From Eledone cirrhosa (taxonomy: Eukaryota), in the NCBI GenBank assembly GCA_964016885.1, contig OZ024747.1, positions 76,074,001 through 76,138,000 of the forward strand: DNA of 64,000 nucleotides, written 5' to 3'. Below the pieces are notes generated by a model. That model was not told the DNA's origin, searched no databases, and saw nothing but the letters and a program-made list of their open reading frames with translations. This document shows, piece after piece, positions 14,496-26,960 of this stretch; within the stretch, counting starts at the first letter, position 1, and the number at the start of each line of letters is the position of its first letter. A program made the translations under genes and the position numbers.

Positions 14496-16332
14496 CTATT
14501 TTGGTGTTGAAAGTGAAGAAAGAAAAGCACTTACCTCTCCGGGTTGCGTAATTTCCATGGCATCAGGTGTGTTGGGTGGAGGGATGTTTTGTGGTGGTGT
14601 GGGGGTACACGTGTGTGGTGGGGTTGGGGTATTTGGAGTTGTGTCAGGGAGAGGGGCGGTTATGGGGAAATCTTTCAAGAGGACGCGATTCAACGGTTTT
14701 AAACAGCGGGGGCTCACGTCCCGTCTAAATTGTTCTTTTAAGGAACGATAAAGGTCCAGAGGGACCTTTATCATTTTTAAATGGGTGAAGTTCTCTGTTG
14801 AGATAAAGTTTGGCCCTTCGGTCTGCACTATAGGGTTATTGTTTATTAATTTAACCAGTTTTTTGTTTTCTTTATTTATATATGTGTATTGCAACGTCTT
14901 TTTTTGTGATGCTGTCAATGTTTCGGAGAGGGGAGGCGCAGATTTGTTTTTGTTTGTTGAGGGTGGGGTGTTTTTGATTGGAGTTGGTGTTTGTGTGTGG
15001 GTTATTTGTGGTGTGCTGGGTGTGTGTTTTCTTTTTTTTCTTTTAACTTGTCTGAAGGCTTCTCCTCCTTCTTCTTCAGAAGTTGGGGGAAACTCTTCAG
15101 CGCTAGGTGGGAGGGACGTGTTGTGTGGTTGTTTTTTTTTTGCGGGACGGGTAGATTTGTTACTGTTTTTTTTATTATTTGTTTGGAATGGGTTTTGTGG
15201 TGGTGGTGGTGGTAATGTTTGTGTCGTGCTTGTGGTTGGTGATGGTGGTGGTGATGTTTGTGTTGTGGTTGGTGGTGGTGATTTTTGTGTCGTGCTTGTG
15301 TTTGGTGCTGGTGGTGGTGATGTTTGTGTTGTGTTTGTGGTTGGTGGTGTCTGTATTTTGTTTGCTGTGTGTGGTATTAGTGTATTTTTGGAGGTGGGTG
15401 GTGTTGGTGTACTGTTTGTGGTGGGTGTGGGCAATAGTCCTTTTTGGGGGATACGTTTCGGGCAGTTAGCCTTAACGTGTCCCCTTTCCATGCATTAATA
15501 GCATGCTGGTCTTCTCCCCTCTACAATTATGTCTATTGGGGTAAGGTCATCCAGCCAGATGCGATCCGGGATTTGTGCTATTCTTTCGGGCCTCATTTGG
15601 ACTAGTATGTCGAGGCCCATTCCCAGGAACGCATCTCCAGTTGCCTTCCCCATTGACAGCATTGTGTCTTCGCCCATATCAATGAAGCCAGCAATAGCCC
15701 ACCAGAAGTCCATTGTGGGCAGCATGGTTTTTACTTTTACTCTCTGTGTTCTTCTACCCATGTAGGACGGATAGAAGCTATATGTTGTCGACGAGAGTGG
15801 GCTTAGGGAAAGCTTCTCCGCCGTTTCTTTGTCTCTTGTTAGGACCGAAATGCTGCCATAGAGTCGGTCCTTTCGTATGAAGAGAATATTCTTCATATAG
15901 TCTTTTAGGACTAACTCTATTTCCATTTGGCTGGGCTGTGCTGGCTTTCTTGTCTGGTTCAGTATAGTTCTGTAGAGAACTGTGTTTTCTGCTCTGGCTT
16001 TCTTGAATTCTGGGGGGGGAGTTAATGGAAAACATTCCGTTCTCCCCCAAAACAATGTGTTTCTTTGCTTCGGCCAGTTTTTCTCTGGCGGCAGTTAGGT
16101 CAATTGGTGTGTATGTAATGGATTGTTTTGTTTTCTGGGCGAAAGTTGCCCTGTCGTTATTTGTATTATTTTCTGTTTGTTTGTTTTCTGTTTGCTCATT
16201 TTCCTTAACATTTGTTTTTTCATTTTGTTTGTTTGTTTCAATGTCTAATTTTGTTGTAATTATTTTTTGTTCTTCAGACTTGGGGGGCGTGGCAGAGCTA
16301 ATGGCAGACATGTCTGCCATCTTTTCCGCCAT
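14496..16332 (-). pseudogene. Tx1 ORF1p (Gag-like), disrupted
   Basis: Three ORF pieces join through a frameshift near the G run at ~16012-16019 and a TAA (15495-15497) inside the CX2CX4HX4C knuckle (CY*CMERGHVKANC); Pro/Thr-rich C-terminus. Confidence 0.85.
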
Positions 16333-16636
16333 GCTGCCAAGAAAGAAATTTTTCGGCAAAAATAGATATTTATTTTACCCCCTAAAAAGGGGGTAAATGC
16401 AAAAATGTTTCCCTAAATAACAGGGGTTAGTGTTCCAAATGTGTTGCACTAAAAAATTTATCCGTTACTTACAATAGTAAGGGTAAATCCCGATGGAATA
16501 GCGGAGCCGATGCGAAGCGTGTCTTACTCTATCAAGATAGATAGATAGATAGATAGATATAGATATATATCTGTGCTTATGTTACGTGTTCATGAATATG
16601 TATTTTATTCCATATATGTTATACTTTCTCACCGTC

Positions 16637-17147
16637 TTTGTGTGTGCCTGTGTGTTGTGTGTTCTGTGTGTGTGTGTGCGTGTGCCTGTGTGTTGTGTGT
16701 GTGAGCGAGTGTCTGTGTGTGCCTGTGTGTTGTGTGTGTCTGTGTGTGTGCCTGTGTGTTGTCTGTGTGAGCGAGTGTCTGTGTGTGCCTGTGTGTGTGT
16801 GTGTGTGTGAGCGAGTGTCTGTGTGTGCCTGTGTGTGAGCGAGTGTCTGTGTGTGCCTGTGTGTGTGTGTCCCTGTGTGTGTGTGTGTGAGCGAGTGTCT
16901 GTGTGTGCCTGTGTGTTGTGTGTGTCTGTGTGTGTGCCTGTGTGTGTGTGTGTGAGCGAGTGTCTGTGTGTGCCTGTGTGTTGTGTTGTGTGTGTCTGTG
17001 TGTGTGTACCTGTGTTGTGTGTGTGAGCGAGTGTCTGTGTGTGCCTGTGTGTGTGAGCGAGTGTCTGTGTGTGCCTGTGTGTTGTGTGTGTCTGTGTGTG
17101 TGCCTGTGTGTGTGTGTGTGAGCGAGTGTCTGTGTGTGCCTGTGTGT

Positions 17148-17178
<31 letters not shown>

Positions 17179-17916
17179 CTGTGTTGTGTGTGTGAGCGAG
17201 TGTCTGTGTGTGCCTGTGTGTGTGTGTGAGCGAGTGTCTGTGTGTGCCTGTGTGTTGTGTGTGTGTGTGTGTGTGTACCTGTGTGTTGTGTGTGTGAGCG
17301 AGTGTCTGTGTGTGCCTGTGTGTTGTGTGTGTGTGTATGTGTGTGTGTGTACCTGTGTGTTGTGTGTGTGAGCGAGTGTCTGTGTGTGCCTGTGTGTTGT
17401 GTTGTGTGTGTCTGTGTGTGTGTACCTGTGTTGTGTGTGTGAGCGAGTGTCTGTGTGTGCCTGTGTGTTGTGTTGTGTGTGTGTGTGTGTGTGTACCTGT
17501 GTTGTGTGTGTGAGCGAGTGTCTGTGTGTGCCTGTGTGTTGTGTGTGTGTGTGTGTGTGTACCTGTGTGTGCCTGTGTGTGTGTGTGAGCGAGTGTCTGT
17601 GTGTGCCTGTGTGTTGTGTGTGTGTGTGTGTGTGTGTCTACCTGTGTGTTGTGTGTGTGAGCCAGTGTCTGTGTGTGCCTGTGTGTTGTGTGTGTGAGCG
17701 AGTGTCTGTGTGTACCTGTGTGTTGTGTGTGTGTTTGTGTACCTGTGTGTTGTGTGTGTGAGCGAGTGTATGTGTGTGCCTGTGTGTCTGTGTGAGCGAG
17801 TGTCTGTGTGTGCCTGTGTGTTGTGTTGTGTGTGTCTGTGTGTTGTGTGTGTGTGTGTGTGTGCCTGTGTGTTGTGTGTGTGAGCGAGTGTCTGTGTGTA
17901 CCTGTGTGCCCGTGTG

Positions 17917-17952
<36 letters not shown>

Positions 17953-18520
17953 CTGTGTGTTGTGTGTGTGAGCCAGTGTCTGTGTGTACCTGTGTGCCTG
18001 TGTGTTGTGTGTGTGTGTGTGTGTGTGTACCTGTGTGTTGTGTGTGTGAGCGAGTGTCTGTGTGTGCCTGTGTGTTGTGTGTGTGAACGAGTGTCTGTGT
18101 GTACCTGTGTGTTGTGTGTGTGTGTGTGTGTATGTGTGTGTACCTGTGTGTTGTGTGTGTGTTTGTGTACCTGTGTGTTGTGTGTGTGAGCGAGTGTCTG
18201 TGTGTACCTGTGTTGTGTGTGTGAGCGAGTGTCTGTGTGTACCTGTGTGTTGTGTGTGTGTGTATGTGTACCTGTGTGTGTGAGAGCGAGTGTCTGTGTG
18301 TGCCTGTGTGTTGTGTGTGTGAGCGAGTGTCTGTGTGTACCTGTGTGTTGTGTATGTGTGTGTGTGTACCTGTGTGTGTGTGTGAAAGCGAGTGTCTGTG
18401 TGTGCCTGTGTGTTGTGTGTGTGAACGAGTGTCTGTGTGTGCCTGTGTGTTGTGTTGTGTGTGTCTGTGTGTGTGTGTCTGTGTGTTGTGTGTGTGAACG
18501 AGTGTCTGTGTGTGTGTCTG
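16637..18520. repeat. Compound GT-rich minisatellite
   Basis: Recurring core gagcgagtgtctgtgtgtgcctgtgtgtt separated by variable (GT)n. Confidence 0.95.
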
Positions 18521-18904
18521 AGTGTTTGTTTCTGTGTATTTTGTTAAGAGTTAATTTGTTCCTAAATTACTGTTCAATGTGTCTGAATAAGAGTTGATGT
18601 GGTCATGGATGGAAAGGGTTTGATCATAAGTTTGCCCTACAAAGTGTCAAATGTCACAACGTGACTCGAGCTGCCAAAATAGTAGCTAAATCTCCCCCAA
18701 ATCTCACAAAGAACATGGTGGATTTATTACATGATATACAAAAAGATTAAGTAAGCCACAAACATTCATACACAGATGTTAGAGATAGAGACGTGTCTAA
18801 TGAAATAAAGATTCCTTTCAAAAATAATTCCCTTTTTTTTATATAAAAATAACTTTGACGTTCGCACTACATGAACTAACTGAAAAACACTTAAAAAGAA
18901 ATAA

Positions 18905-18927
18905 CTAGCAGCAGCAGCATCAGCAGC

Positions 18928-18966
<39 letters not shown>

Positions 18967-18968
18967 GG

Positions 18969-19038
<70 letters not shown>

Positions 19039-19160
19039 GGTGGTGCAGGTGGTGGTGGTGGTAGTAGTAATAGTAGTAGTAGTAGTAGTTGTAGTAGTAG
19101 TTGTAGTAGTTGTAGTAGTAGTTGTAGTAGTAGTTGTAGTAGTATTTAGTAGTAGTAGTG

Positions 19161-19213
<53 letters not shown>
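18905..19213. repeat. (AGT)n/(GGT)n trinucleotide tract
   Basis: Seen directly. Confidence 0.95.
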
Positions 19214-19214
<1 letters not shown>

Positions 19215-19339
19215 TGGCAATAACAATAGTGCTAATAGGATGGATAATAGTCAAAACACTCTGAACACAAATAAAACTAACAATAATAAGAAAGGACGAT
19301 ATGTATGACCAAAAGCAACTGAATTCTCCTTTAATTACA

Positions 19340-19525
19340 ATTGTTTCTATTTTTGGCACAAGGCCAGCAATTAAATCAGTGTATTACTGGTACTTTATTT
19401 GATCGACCCCGTAAAGATGAAAGGCGTAGTTAACTTCGGCGGGATCTGAACTCAGACCATAAAGGACCGTAACTATTTGCTGCAAAGCATGGCGTCCGAT
19501 GCTCTACCGATACTGCCAAACACCG
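19340..19525 (-). mobile_element. tRNA-derived SINE, near full length
   Basis: Minus strand has A-box-like tggcagtatcggt and B-box-like gagttcagatcc, then gcctttcatc..cggggtcgat.aaataaagtacc. Confidence 0.8.
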
Positions 19526-19793
19526 ACCTTCCTTTAATTATAATAGAAAAGAAACTGTGATTTGAGGTTTGTTTTCCTGAAATATCTATACATTACAACA
19601 AAGTAATATATCATTGGTCTCATTCATAAGAAAAGGTATATATATATATATATACATTATGAAGAGAGAAGAAACATTTAGATATAATTAGTAATAAAAT
19701 GTATCATACCTAAACTGCTCCTAGATTCCTCGACTACGTAGTTTCGTGGCATAAACAAAAACAATACATCATAAAGATATATATATATAATAT

Positions 19794-19975
19794 AGATGAG
19801 ATTCCACAGGACTAGAACTGTTTCATTCATTAGAAATCATCAGATTCCTGATGATTTCTAAAGAATGAAACAGTTCTAGTCCTGTAGAATCTCATCTATA
19901 TTAAAACTTGTATACTCTGCTATGTATTGAGTACCTTACTTACTGTGGTTACCTCCGATTCAACCCGGAATAACG
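19794..19975 (+). mobile_element. Fold-back HHR element, family C, copy 1
   Basis: ~100-bp palindrome whose right arm is an HHR; tail TACTC-TGC-tat-GTA-TT-GAGTA; in (TA)n; near-identical copies at 20001 and 56750. Confidence 0.85.
19842..19892 (+). ncRNA. Type I hammerhead ribozyme
   Basis: agattc-CTGATGA-t ttc taaa gaa t-GAAA-CAG ttctagtc CTG-TA-gaatct; all three stems pair; GUA site. Confidence 0.8.
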
Positions 19976-20000
19976 TATATATATATATATATATATATAT

Positions 20001-20183
20001 AGATGAGATTCTACAGGACTAGAACTGTTTCATTCATTAGAAATCATCAGGAATCCCTGATGATTTCTAATGAATGAAACAGTTCTAGTCCTGTAGAATC
20101 TCATCTATATTAAAACTGTTATACTCTGCTATGTATTGAGTACCTTACTTACTGTGGTTACCTCCGATTCAACCCGGAATAAC
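20001..20183 (+). mobile_element. Fold-back HHR element, family C, copy 2
   Basis: Near-identical to 19794-19975, with a different hairpin turn. Confidence 0.85.
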
Positions 20184-20289
<106 letters not shown>

Positions 20290-20402
20290 ACATATATATA
20301 CTTTTGAAAGTAATTACATATTGTCTAATTTGATAAATGTTATGATAGTTTATTATATTCATTTCAGCGCATTGATCAGAGGAAATGGCGAAAAGTATAT
20401 AT

Positions 20403-20900
20403 ATAAACGGAAAAAATGAAACGATATTTCATTTCCCACTCTTAGTACGGCTGTTAGCAACCACCGTTGCTCGTTTGTTCAACACTGACAAAGGAACGCT
20501 GTACTAGTTTCAAGCTTGTTAGCTATCGTCAGCAACGTATACCTTCCTGCCAGATTGTTGAACGTATATACTTACCTTATGCATATTAACGGCTGAGTAG
20601 CCCAATTTGCATATCGAGTGGATTAATCGGCCGGGTGCACCGAAAACGATAAACGGAAAAAATGAAACGATATTTCATTTCCCACTCTAGTACAGCGTTC
20701 CTTTGTCAGTGTTGAACAAACCAGCAACGGGGGTTGCTAGACACTACGGCTTAATACGGGATGTTTGTTTACAAATACACCGAGCATTATAATAAATGTT
20801 CGGTGAATCCATACGTGCATATATATATATGTGCATGTATGTATATATATACATACTACTGTACGTCTGTATACATATATGTATGTACGTGTACATACTT
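20403..20900 (-). mobile_element. Dispersed, diverged relative of the 468-bp array unit (just over one unit plus an inverted arm)
   Basis: Aligns by eye with the array unit; direct repeat aaacggaaaaaatgaaacgatatttcatttcccact with a 246-bp period; inverted arm ~20687-20900; HHR at 20497-20537. Confidence 0.9.
20497..20537 (-). ncRNA. Minimal type I hammerhead ribozyme
   Basis: Minus strand: cgttg-CTGACGA-t agc taacaa gct t-GAAA-CTAG-TA-cagcg. Confidence 0.85.
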
Positions 20901-20934
20901 ATATGTATATATATATATATTTTTTTTTTTTTAA

Positions 20935-21150
20935 ATAGAGGTGTGACGCACGAGTTGTGATATATTAGTAAAGAGGAAAAGAAAATGCTGACAAATTTTT
21001 CCCAGTGAAAAATAGTTTAATTAGGATGAAGTATAAATTAGTAATAAGTATTGGTTAGTATTCAGTTTTAGTCTTAAATTTTTACCGGTTGCGCATTTCT
21101 TATGCTTTTCAAAAATAATTTTGAGAGAGAGTGCTTGTGATTTTTGCTCT
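20935..21150 (-). mobile_element. PLE terminal-repeat fragment, same family as 662-868, with an inactivated HHR
   Basis: Minus strand: TTGAAAA-gcat aagaa atgc-GCAA-CCGG-TA (GAAA changed to GCAA); stem II differs from the 799-836 copy but still pairs. Confidence 0.65.
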
Positions 21151-21586
21151 AATCTGATCAGTTTTGGAAATTCTTCCTGTTTTATGTGAAAAAAGTGGCT
21201 TGGGAGGTATTAAGATTTGATTGGTTGTTGAATGTCACGTGAATAAGCACTATAAATTTCGCGCCAATTCGTGTTGCAAAAATTCTTATAGTCAGAACAA
21301 TTTTGATTGGTCGGTAGAAGTCATGTGAATGTTTAAATTGATTTTAGCGCGAACTAGTTCCGTGCCAAATGTAGGTTTGTCGAAGAGTGTCCTTTTCCGC
21401 ATGTGGAGAGGTCAACAGTTCAAGTGTCTATCAAGACAAATATGTGTGTGCGCGCGCGCGCGCGCGTGTGTGTGGATGGACCAGTATTTTTGTGGTACTG
21501 GTAAAAATGGCGTACATTATTCGATATTTTCAGTCATTTGCAAAAAAACAATTCTCTCAAAAGAACATCAATATATATATATTTAT

Positions 21587-21680
<94 letters not shown>

Positions 21681-21690
21681 TATATATATA

Positions 21691-21779
21691 GCGTTATATT
21701 TTCCATTATGTTTCACGAATAATTAACGTCTTCTCGATGTCAAATTATAGTTTTAAAATATAGACACATAAACATATAT

Positions 21780-21822
<43 letters not shown>

Positions 21823-22010
21823 TATATATATATATATAAGTATATTTGTTTATGTGTCTATTTTTAAAACTATAATTTGACATCGAGAAGATGTTAATTA
21901 TTCGTGAAACAAAATGGAAAATATAACGCAATTTTGCCGTGTATTCCATTAAACAGCAAAAGGAAGATAATTATTTCATCTGTATTGTGTACTTGTAATA
22001 TCACTCTCCC
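21691..22010 (+). mobile_element. Fold-back element with decayed HHR and tail
   Basis: ~85-bp inverted arms (21691-21775 and 21845-21929) around a microsatellite; downstream gtattgtgtac resembles the tail motif. Confidence 0.55.
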
Positions 22011-22050
22011 TTCTGTCTCTATCTATCCGTCTATCTATCTTTATATATAT

Positions 22051-22189
<139 letters not shown>

Positions 22190-22193
22190 CTGT

Positions 22194-22460
22194 ATATAGA
22201 ATAAGGAAAAGCGAAGTAGTTTCAGATGTTCAAGTCCTGTAATAATAATGCTGTGATATATATTTCAATGACGACACTGGCCACACTGTTCTGTGTGCGA
22301 GTGTCGTCATTGAAATATATATCACAGCATTATTATTAAAGAACTTGAACATCTGAAACTACTTCGCTTTTCCTTATTCTATATTTACTCCGTCACTCCT
22401 ATGTGGAAAAAGTACGTTGAGTGCTTGAATTGAATTGCATCAATGTTTACCCTAATAATA
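22194..22460 (+). mobile_element. Fold-back non-autonomous PLE element
   Basis: Inverted arms 22194-22278 and ~22300-22384 with an HHR 3' half (GAAATATATA); tail TACTC-CGT...ACG-TT-GAGTG at 22386-22423. Confidence 0.8.
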
Positions 22461-24089
22461 TATACTGTATATATATATATATACTTAACATAACTTAATA
22501 TTTACATATAATATATTCTGCATGCTACTGGTACCGTCTAACCCCGTACAACCTGCTTCATCGTCGGGAGGACGAAGACTAAACCGGCTCCCCCACCCCA
22601 CTTTGGTCTGGTGCAGGCGTTAAATGGGCCCCCAGCAACACAAAAAAATGAGGTATCTCTCTGTGGCTACGGCCAACCACCCAACAATAAATTAAATAGC
22701 CTCACCAACCGGCAATTAGCCAAGCGTTGTGAGTACGGCTGCCACCCTGAAGCCATGATTAAAACCAAACAGAAAGTGATGAAGGTCAACCAGATAGGTA
22801 CTGGTTCCTATAATAGGACTGCGAAGATCCAAGAGCAGCTTGGATTGAATGAGTTAAATTTATGAAGATATCAATGAGAGTATTGTTCAATAGTATGATA
22901 TGTACTGCCATTGATTGATACGTCTGAGGTGGAGAAACCATACTCAGCAAGTAAAAGATCGTGATTATAGGCCACAAAGCAAATTTCCTATGATCTACCA
23001 ATACTGACAACCTCCCGCCTTTCCCAAATTTATATCTATTATAACGTCTATAAAAGCTCTTCTATTAATATGATAAATGGAAATGTTCCAGCTATTTATT
23101 TTCATCGAATTACACTACCTAATGGCTCCTTTTTATTTAGTGTGTGACTTGAGGGAAATTTGGTGATTGTTTCTAGCAGGCTGAGTGACCACGCAGAATC
23201 TCCTTCGTTAGATCATTGATACTATCATGCATTTTTCACGAGTGATGTACAAGATTTAAAACAGGTACAATTGGGAATCGAAAGCAGATTAATGACACCA
23301 CTGTTCAGTACTTTGCTTTTTATATTACAGAGCTGATAGAATTTTCCCTTGATATAATGATGTTTACCACCATGTATGCCCTCACCACCAGACATTGCCC
23401 TGCACAAGCATCACAATACAATATCAACCTTTTGAACTGTACAGGTAGTTAAACCATAGCAAGAATTTATGATGTAATTTTAATTTTAGTTCTCGCTCTC
23501 TCCATCCCTCCACTTCCGACTTCCTATCTCTTCCTCTCTATCTTTCTCTGCCACTATGTCTTTCACTCTCCCTTTTACCTTACTTCTATCACTTCCTTCT
23601 CTTACTTAAATGTTACATAGTTGATCTTCTGCTTCATCACCAAGTATTGATTATTCCTCAAATAATAGAGAGCCCACAGTCGAGCTTCGCTATCGCTGGT
23701 AATAGCAAACGAATTGTTTATAGATGTGACGTCTAAACGACATATCTGAACGCAGTGGACATAAAGCAACTGTCTGAACAGTGTTGTGTAAATTGATTCG
23801 TTGTAACCTTGCAGCGGTAATGACACCAATAATTTACTTTTGAGAAACGACAATCTATTATATGCTCTCAATGTAATAAAGTGCTGCAGGTATGTTTATG
23901 AAAATAGATAAAGAAAACTTTGCGATATTATTAACATAGCAGAAACAGTTGTTTGCTAAATGAATAAAATGCCTTGCATCAGTTAGTTGCAGCCTTATAT
24001 TCTGCGTTCAAATTTCATTGAAATAAATTCTGGATACCTTAATTAGGTATTTAAGAGGTTAGGATGATTAATGTTAGATGAGAGAAAGA

Positions 24090-24188
<99 letters not shown>

Positions 24189-24307
24189 GGTTATCAGGAG
24201 TGGCGGACTGGGTCTAAATCTTTTGGCTGCCAGGAGATGAAGGGGGCCCATCTCCATATAGAATGCTATCATTTAATTTTATATTAATACCTGTTATATA
24301 AATATTA

Positions 24308-24717
24308 CTAATAACTCTAGGAAAGCCATGAACTGCACCGCATCTTTTTAACTTTGATTTTGAAAGTAGGTTTATAATTATCAATTTTCATTATACGTCT
24401 GTAGCTGTCCCGGTGGCCTAGTCGGAGGAATCATAGACGGTGGTAATCCTGGTCTGAAGTTCGATCCTGGTCGGGAATAGGCTTCCAGTAAACTTTTCCC
24501 AGTTTTTTTAATGTGTTGTAAAATAAAAACTGAAAAAGGTTACATGTACTTCTTGACCAGGATTGAACCCAAAGCCAGGATCTCCACCGTCTCTAGTACC
24601 TACCGCTAGGCCACAGAGACAACTACGACAATTTTATGAAAATTCATACTTATAAACCTACTTTCAAAATTTTCAAACAGTGTTGTGGTGTCGTTTATGT
24701 CTTTCTTAATGTTATTG
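24308..24717. mobile_element. Palindromic MITE-like element with a tRNA-like sequence in each arm
   Basis: ttttgaaagtaggtttataa / ttataaacctactttcaaaa arms; left arm has tggcctagtcgg (A box) and gttcgatcc (B box), mirrored on the right. Confidence 0.75.
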
Positions 24718-25089
24718 TTCCTACTTAAGGTTGACTTCTAAATCATTTGGTTGTTCCATAAACTACATCCTCGTTTTGTTTTACATCCATGTAGACTATA
24801 TTTTAACCTGTTTCATTTCTGTTACACCCAATTTCTCTACCCCCTCTCTCTCAAATAAAGTACCAGTAATGTACTGGGATAATTACTGGCCTTGTGCCGA
24901 AAGTAGAAACAATTATTTATATAAGAGAAACAAGAGGATATTAGATGGAATATTTTAGATGTCGGTCTCTTTAATTCCTATCGCGACGGTTCGGCTTCCA
25001 CTTTCATCTCCATCGGGGCTCAAGTAAAATAAGCAACAGTTAAGTACCGGAACTGATCCCATCGCTTTATTCACGTGAGATGTTAAATT

Positions 25090-25137
<48 letters not shown>

Positions 25138-26659
25138 GTTGTGTGTGTGGATTTGTTTTTGTGACGACTGGATCAGTATATATAATACATATTTCAGGAG
25201 AATATATTATTGTGTATTTCCTGTAGTGATTTCAATAGATCTTACAATCGTGTAACTTTATGTTTTAGCTAAATCTTTGCTAGCGAAATAACCTCTAAAT
25301 AGTCGATATACCTGCTTGTAATAGTAGTCATATATCTCTACAATCATACATTACTTTCTGCGGTTAATAAGTGCATATTAAATAATATATTCCAATGTTC
25401 CTTATAGCCACCGGAAAAAGATGGGATGATAACATCGGGAACGTTTTTCATCATACACTTGCTCAAGGAAGTTGAAAATAAAAAGATAGCAATCAAACAA
25501 AGAATGCCTTAACTATACGTACAGTTATATATTATACAACCTCGTATATAATATCGACTGCGTACATGTTCCGAGTATATTAGTCACATCAGTTTGAAAT
25601 ATATTTCTTTTCTGTCTTGTTAAAAACATGAGGAATAATCCTCCAGTGGCTAGAATATTATTCTATAATAAGTCTGGTAACCTACACAGACAATTATGGA
25701 ATGTATTCCTGTTAGTTAAATCAACTGAAGCAGGTTTGAATATAATTTTCTTTTCATAAATTCGGCACACCCGTGGCAGACATATAACTTAATTTTCGCT
25801 ATTCATCCGTTGGATATATTACTATTTCCAAGTGTTCACCTATTATTTTCTGAATAGCATAAATTGGATAGGATAAAGATCTTCATCTGGAAGAGAACCC
25901 TTTACTCCCTTGTACAACTTCTGTACACCTTCCAGCGAAATACTGTTGAAAAACATATAATGCACTTCTTAAATATTGGCGCAAAATCTAACACCGTTGA
26001 CAAAAGAGAAATGTGATTGTATATCTACAAAAGCGTCTTTTGTAAGAAATAAATGACATTCGTGTGAAGAGAATCCGCGAAAACAAAACCTAGAAATCAC
26101 TTCAAACAAGCCATCACAGTCATTGAATATCTAGATTTGATGTCTTATGTGTCATTAGCACAACATAACAGCTTTATCGATATTAATAGAATAGCGTATC
26201 ATCTAAACGTTTAGAAACTACGGACATTGCAACAGAAATCAATCGATGTAGATTTGTGTTTATAGAACGACAGTATGTTTTCTTTCATTTCCTGTCGACA
26301 TTTTCTTTTATGTTGTTGTTATTGTTGTTATTATTTGCAGGGGTTTGGGTTTTAGATGGACAGAAATATTCCCCAATTTATCACACATTAGTTCATCTTT
26401 TTTTAAAATTAGATGTACAAACATGTATCTTATCACATACACACATACGCTCCCTACACAAAATATACTCTTACATGCGCCTGTAAAAGTATACATACAT
26501 TCATATATACATATATGCGTGTATGTTTAAATGTGTCTATGTGTACGTTTGTGTCTGCCTTTGTGTATTTATGTATATAAACATATAAACTAATATATAT
26601 GCTGGAGTACACACAAAGTCGCACCATATAAATTTATATATATATATATATATATATAA

Positions 26660-26737
26660 TCGTTATAATTGGGGAGAGTCATATTGTTGTAATAATATTG
26701 CCAGAAATAATAACAGAACACACTCACTGTTTGGTTT
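26660..26737 (-). mobile_element. Short dispersed repeat in (TA)n
   Basis: gttata.ttggg.ag.gtcatattgttgtaataatattgccagaaataataacagaaca.actcactgtttggtt, also at 51540-51616 and partly at 57133-57165. Confidence 0.65.
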
Positions 26738-26867
26738 ATATATATATACATATACAGAGAGGGAGGAGAGAGAGATTATACACATATTACATATATATAC
26801 GCTCATAGATACATGCCTACATATGTATATATACATACAATCAATGCACACACACACACACACACAT

Positions 26868-26960
<93 letters not shown>

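Larger units (their letters stand above)
10823..16534 (-). mobile_element. Full-length L1/Tx1-clade non-LTR retrotransposon inserted in (GATA)n
   Basis: ORF1 (zinc knuckle) and ORF2 (APE-RT-CCHC); 3' UTR with AATAAA running into (TATC)n; (GATA)n on both flanks; GC content well above the surroundings. Confidence 0.95.

Noticed and set aside
10959-16396. Plus-strand and alternate-frame ORFs overlapping the LINE
   Set aside because: Shadow ORFs of a GC-rich coding region with no recognisable domains.
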